Source of the DNA: Rhodospirillales bacterium
GTDB lineage: Bacteria; Pseudomonadota; Alphaproteobacteria; Rhodospirillales; UBA2165
Reading direction: 5' to 3'
Length of the DNA: 64,000 nucleotides
Assembly: GCA_012960465.1 (NCBI GenBank)
Contig: DUBF01000153.1
Span: 13,476 to 77,475, forward strand
In this document: piece by piece, positions 60,049 to 64,000 of the stretch
Layout of the letters: every line of letters begins with the position of its first letter
Numbering within the stretch: position 1 is the first letter of the stretch
Program-made: the position numbers and the translations under genes
The notes under the pieces: model-generated
Told to the model about the DNA's origin: nothing
The model's database searches: none
Seen by the model: only the letters and a program-made list of their open reading frames with translations

Positions 60049-60672
60049 ATGCTAAATGGGAATATAGCTAAAGAAATCAGAAAAAAAGAAAAATATCTTC
60101 GGCGTCAAATTGAGGTTCTTGATTCAGCTGCTGCCGTTTTTGCAGATAAAGGCTACCACGGAGCATCTACGGGCGAAATAGCTTCAAAACTCGGCATTGC
60201 TCAAAGTAGTCTTTATTATTATTTTAAATCTAAAGATGAAGCTTTAGAAATGGTCTGTTTGCACGGTACGAAAGGTCTTTTTAAACGACTAACAGTTATC
60301 GCTGAAGGTTCACAAACACCAACAAAGAAAATTCGTGAGGCAATCTATAACCATATTGAGCCCATCAACACTATTCCTAATTATTATAAAACTTTTATCC
60401 GAGAATTAAGATATCTTCCAAAGTCTCGAAGATATAAGCTGAACCAAATGATTTCAGATTATAATACAATATTCAAAAAAATATTAAGCGAAGGTGTTGC
60501 TAACGCAACTTTCAAAGAATTTCTAGATTGTCATTTAACAATGTTACAAATCATCTCCCAATGCAACAGTGCAGCCATATGGATTAATACCAAAGCAGGA
60601 TATGATCTTGATATCGTTTCTAATTCGGTTGCAGATAATTTCTTATCAGGCGTCATAAACCGTCAAGATTAG
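60049..60672 (+). CDS. TetR/AcrR family transcriptional regulator
   Basis: HTH AAAVFADKGYHGASTGEIASKLGIAQSSLYYYFKSKDEAL. The ATG is at 60049, and the ORF-track TTG at 60037 is also possible. It begins right after the ligase stop. Confidence 0.85.
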   Translation: MLNGNIAKEIRKKEKYLRRQIEVLDSAAAVFADKGYHGASTGEIASKLGIAQSSLYYYFKSKDEALEMVCLHGTKGLFKRLTVIAEGSQTPTKKIREAIYNHIEPINTIPNYYKTFIRELRYLPKSRRYKLNQMISDYNTIFKKILSEGVANATFKEFLDCHLTMLQIISQCNSAAIWINTKAGYDLDIVSNSVADNFLSGVINRQD

Positions 60673-60783
60673 CTAATAGCACAAAATGATAATATTAAAG
60701 TCTTTGCGGACCTTATCAATAAATCTATACTCACGTATATTTTATAGATTAGTAATTTTTAATTTACCTAAGGGAGAAATTAT

Positions 60784-61026
60784 ATGCGAACACTTATAAC
60801 TCTTTTTTTCATAACATGTATTGTCTCAATACCAGTTTATAGTTTTGCCGCTAACCATGAAAAAGCCTCAGTGGTTGATAAAACAATGTCCACAGTCAAA
60901 GAAAATCCTGGAGCATCTCTAGGAGTTGCCGCGTGTGGCGTGGCTATAGCATTTTTTCCGCCAGCCGCACTCGTTTGCGGAGGCGCGCTTGCAGCCGGCA
61001 TGGGTATTGATCAAGCTAATAAATAA
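60784..61026 (+). CDS. small exported/membrane protein (80 aa) with Gly/Ala-rich C-terminal hydrophobic hairpin
   Basis: Signal peptide MRTLITLFFITCIVSIPVYSFA, an SD (GGGAGA) upstream, and a strong terminator downstream. Confidence 0.55.
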   Translation: MRTLITLFFITCIVSIPVYSFAANHEKASVVDKTMSTVKENPGASLGVAACGVAIAFFPPAALVCGGALAAGMGIDQANK

Positions 61027-61043
61027 TATAATAACTATCGCAT

Positions 61044-61075
61044 AAAGGCCGGTGAATTTATCACCGGCCTTTTTC
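61044..61075 (+). terminator. rho-independent terminator
   Basis: GGCCGGTGA-ATTTA-TCACCGGCC is a perfect 9-bp stem (61047-61069), followed by TTTTT. Confidence 0.85.
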
Positions 61076-61097
61076 GTCCAAATCAAAAAAACTCAAA

Positions 61098-61353
61098 ATG
61101 TTGGCACAGAATACACCTGCAGGTCTTTAACTTTTTGGTATTGGTTGGGTATTCCCTCAATCAAATGCTTTGGCCCTACAGCCATTTGCAAACTCAGCCG
61201 GAACAGCATCTGCGTTGGTAGGCTTCGTTAATGGGGTTTTTACTCAGTTTAGCAACCCATAGCAGCGCCTTATATCTTGCAACTGCTATGCTCATAGGTG
61301 CTCTATTTTCTTCTTTAATCTATTTTTTATTTATTAAGTCCCATAGGCTTTGA
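61098..61353 (+). pseudogene. C-terminal remnant of a Bcr/CflA-type MFS efflux transporter (in-frame stop plus frameshift, N-terminal ~80% missing)
   Basis: Hand translation gives LFGIGWVFPQSNALALQPFANSAGTASALVGFVNGVFTQFSNP* (61131-61262). The +1 frame continues HSSALYLATAMLIGALFSSLIYFLFIKSHRL* (61258-61353). This resembles the last two TM helices of Bcr-family pumps. An in-frame TAA lies at 61128. Confidence 0.6.
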
Positions 61354-61633
61354 TAAATTAGCTGGGATAATAGATAAAATGAGTTTACTTGAGATAACCG
61401 TAAAATAACCTTATGATTCTAAAAGTTTCTTGAGAGCAGCCTAATTTATGTGTAAATTTAAATATCAGATAAATAAGCGTTAAATTTCCGGTCTTTGTAC
61501 TCAATATTATAAAGAATTAGAGAAACAAACACTAAACTCAATCTAAACTGAAGAGGGTCGGTTAGAAAAAAGATTGCTCAGAAAATAAAGATTTCAAGTA
61601 AAAGAACCAATCCCTGCGAAAGCACTAGCGCAA

Positions 61634-62890
61634 ATGGAAACAAAAAATAATATCAACGTAACAGGGAATGAGGGTTTAGCCAATCAAGATAGCATCGGCT
61701 CCCTGTTACAAAACGCACGAAACAATAAAAATGAAGAGCTGAGTGTTGTTTCCCGCAGCCTTCGTATCCGGCAGGTATACCTAGAAGCCATCGAAAACAA
61801 CCAATTTAATATTCTCCCAGGAGATATCTATGTATCTGGATTTATCCGTTCTTATGCTACCTATCTTGGCTTAGACAGTGAAGACATTATTGAACGTTAT
61901 AAATCTGATATGGATGGAAGTAAAACAAAACCCGAACTAATATTTCCTTCTTATGTGGCAAAAAATAGTATTCCAAGTGCCGCAATTTTACTCCTTGGAT
62001 TGATGATAGCTATGGTCGGTTATGGCAGTTGGTATTTTTTCTCCAATAAAAATATATTTACTGCCAACCAAGTAGCAAAAATCCCAGATTCTTTAACGTC
62101 TTTAATTGACGATAAACCAGTGGTCCCCGCATCGCCTAAGAAAGAAAAAATAACACTACAAAGAAATAACAACGAAGAAGAGACCGCTACGAAAATCGGC
62201 ATAAAAGCTCCAGAAGGTGACAAAAAATTAGATAAAACTGATAATGACAAAAACTTAAATGGGCAACTAGAAGAAGAAGCTACCACCTCAAATCAACAAA
62301 AATTTGACCAGGAAGAATTAGCACCTGAATCGAATATGCCTGAACCTAAAAGACCACAAAAACCTGTAGAAGAAAAATCAGAACCTGAATCAAATATACC
62401 ACAGAAAGTTAAGCCTAAACTCACCCCAATTATATCTACAAAGCCTAGCGTAAAACTAAAGCCAGAAACTGCGTCTGGCAATGAAGTAAAAACAAAAATA
62501 ACTGAAAATAACGAGACTGAAATAATACGAAACGTTATAAATTCATCAAAGAACAAGCGCGTGACAAAAGTCTCACCAAAGACTTTGACCCAAAACCAAC
62601 CACCTCAACCCAGTCCCTCCCGAATTGTTTTAGAGGCCCGCACAGATAGCTATATTCAAGTGCGCGATAACGTTGCTAATCAATTACTCATAACGCGCCT
62701 ACTAAAAAAGGGCCAACGTTACCAAGTACCAAACCGTTCTGGTCTGACGCTAATAACGGGCAATGCGGGCGCTTTGAAAATATTGGTTGACGGCATCGTA
62801 GTCCCAGAAATTGGCCCAATTGGGGCTGTTCGTCGCAATGTAATTTTAGATGCTACGAAACTAAAAAATGGATCAGCGGTTACAGAATGA
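61634..62890 (+). CDS. rodZ: RodZ-like cytoskeleton protein (HTH, TM helix, low-complexity linker, DUF4115)
   Basis: N-terminal HTH region (IGSLLQNARNNKNEELSVVSRSLRIRQVYLEAIE), a TM helix (AAILLLGLMIAMVGYGSWYFF), a Pro/Lys/Glu-rich linker, and a C-terminal DSYIQVRD...GNAGALKILVDG. Confidence 0.8.
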   Translation: METKNNINVTGNEGLANQDSIGSLLQNARNNKNEELSVVSRSLRIRQVYLEAIENNQFNILPGDIYVSGFIRSYATYLGLDSEDIIERYKSDMDGSKTKPELIFPSYVAKNSIPSAAILLLGLMIAMVGYGSWYFFSNKNIFTANQVAKIPDSLTSLIDDKPVVPASPKKEKITLQRNNNEEETATKIGIKAPEGDKKLDKTDNDKNLNGQLEEEATTSNQQKFDQEELAPESNMPEPKRPQKPVEEKSEPESNIPQKVKPKLTPIISTKPSVKLKPETASGNEVKTKITENNETEIIRNVINSSKNKRVTKVSPKTLTQNQPPQPSPSRIVLEARTDSYIQVRDNVANQLLITRLLKKGQRYQVPNRSGLTLITGNAGALKILVDGIVVPEIGPIGAVRRNVILDATKLKNGSAVTE

Positions 62891-63031
62891 ACCGCCAAAA
62901 TTTAAAGTACTTTTGTTTGTTAAACATAAAGTATTTGTATTAACCCCTCTTTCTAATTTACACCTAATGGCATAACTATCGCAGTTGGGTATTAACTGAA
63001 TGGAAATGTAACTTATGCAGCGATCACAATA

Positions 63032-64000
63032 ATGACGCCATTAAAACCAGTACGTGGCACTCAAGATATTTTACCAAATGAAAGCCGTCGTTATCGATTA
63101 GTTGAAGAAGCCGCCTTTTGCGTCGCCGACCGATATGGATTTGATGAAATTACTACACCAATTTTTGAATTTACAGAGGTTTTTAGTCGTACACTTGGGG
63201 ATACCTCAGATATTGTAACCAAAGAAATGTATACTTTCCAAGATAAAGGTCTAGAATCTATCACGCTTAGGCCTGAAGGAACAGCAGGTATTGCGCGAGC
63301 TTTTATCTCTAATGGGCTCCAACAGGAACTGCCCATTAAGTTTTTTTATAAGGGACCAATGTTTCGTTATGAACGTCCACAAAAAGGTAGGCGTCGTCAA
63401 TTTCATCAAGTTGGTATAGAGATTTTAGGTGTTGCTACACCTCAGGCCGACATTGAAGCCATCTCGCTAGCTAAAACTTTCCTGGAAGAAATAGGCCTTA
63501 AGGATAATGTGAGCCTTGAACTTAATAGCTTAGGTGATGTCGCAAGTCGCTCAGCTTACGATCAAAAATTGCGTAACTATCTTAATAACCATAAAAAAGG
63601 ATTATCTGAACATAGCCTGAAACGTTTAAAAAATAACCCTTTGCGAATTCTGGACTCTAAAGATAATGGAGACAAAATTATTGTCGCCAATGCACCTAAG
63701 CTACAAGATAGTTTCAATAAGAATTCTAATAACTTCTTTGCTGAATTATGTGAAGGTCTATATAAGCTTGGAATTTCCTACGAGCATAATCATAATCTAG
63801 TGCGAGGTCTCGATTACTATTCACATACAGCTTTTGAATTTACTACTAAAGACCTCGGCGCCCAAGGTACAGTTCTGGCGGGTGGGCGTTATGATGGATT
63901 AATTAGTCAGATGGGTGGACCTGAAACACCCGGTGTTGGATGGGCGGCTGGTGTTGAGCGTCTGGCCCTACTTTTGAATACAGATATAGTTACCAAACGT
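63032..64000 (+). CDS. hisS: histidine--tRNA ligase (5' partial, runs off the window)
   Basis: Hand translation from ATG 63032 gives [21 protein letters not shown]..., with class II motif 2 [16 protein letters not shown]. The frame stays open to position 64000, and the ORF is not in the track because it has no stop. Confidence 0.9.
   Translation, partial: MTPLKPVRGTQDILPNESRRYRLVEEAAFCVADRYGFDEITTPIFEFTEVFSRTLGDTSDIVTKEMYTFQDKGLESITLRPEGTAGIARAFISNGLQQELPIKFFYKGPMFRYERPQKGRRRQFHQVGIEILGVATPQADIEAISLAKTFLEEIGLKDNVSLELNSLGDVASRSAYDQKLRNYLNNHKKGLSEHSLKRLKNNPLRILDSKDNGDKIIVANAPKLQDSFNKNSNNFFAELCEGLYKLGISYEHNHNLVRGLDYYSHTAFEFTTKDLGAQGTVLAGGRYDGLISQMGGPETPGVGWAAGVERLALLLNTDIVTKR

Noticed and set aside
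61102-61120. TGGCAC, resembling a sigma-54 -24 element (rpoN is in the window)
   Set aside because: The -12 position reads ACACC rather than TTGC(A/T). It also lies inside the MFS pseudogene remnant.
62290-62420. Nucleotide and peptide repeats (PESNMPEP / PESNIPQ) inside rodZ
   Set aside because: It is a low-complexity Pro/Lys/Glu-rich linker, typical of RodZ cytoplasm-to-periplasm spacers, rather than a discrete repeat element.
1-64000. Scan for CRISPR arrays, IS elements, integrases, phage or toxin-antitoxin/defence genes
   Set aside because: I found no regularly spaced direct repeats, no transposase-, integrase- or recombinase-like ORFs, and no recognisable defence-system domains. The window appears to be core chromosome.

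Overview
This is a dense, AT-rich (roughly 40% GC by eye) chromosomal segment. Gene content and order point to an alphaproteobacterium: System I cytochrome c maturation genes, a coxMNOP-like oxidase, kpsF-lptCAB-rpoN-ptsN, sahR-metF-metH, hsp20-DUF1150 and a DUF1127 protein. I support about 58 protein-coding genes: pgk; acnA; a five-gene heme-copper oxidase cluster; a contiguous ccmABCDEFGHI operon (ccmD, 59 aa, is missing from the ORF track); a TRAP transporter; phhB; a thiolase; a 2-hydroxyacid dehydrogenase; an FprA-like reductase; prmA; uvrD; a ClC channel; metH/metF/sahR; mlaA/mlaC; ettA; phoB/phoR; a bifunctional FAD-monooxygenase/OYE enzyme; ridA; glutaredoxin; a Sel1 protein; rnd; kpsF-lptCAB-rpoN-ptsN; hsp20; rodZ; and the 5' part of hisS. 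I found no rRNA, tRNA, CRISPR array, transposase, integrase, phage gene or recognisable defence system, so the window reads as core genome rather than an accessory island. I did not find a convincing novel multi-gene system. The best candidate is the tightly packed module at 57.1-60.7 kb: a QueG/reductive-dehalogenase-like Fe-S protein, an acyl/aryl-CoA ligase with an unexplained ~110-aa N-terminal extension, and a TetR regulator. Other points worth a second look are two gene remnants (an HTH-only LysR fragment and the C-terminal stub of a Bcr/CflA MFS pump), a missing hpf between rpoN and ptsN, a ROSE-like hairpin over the hsp20 Shine-Dalgarno, a ~240-nt untranslated stretch with a C8 run ending in a strong terminator downstream of acnA, a recurring GTTGTA/TACAAC motif in the 500-bp sahR/mlaA intergenic region, and an unusually long DUF1127 protein next to a transmembrane-less PhoR. 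All functional calls rest on motifs read by eye from the translated ORFs. No database search was run.
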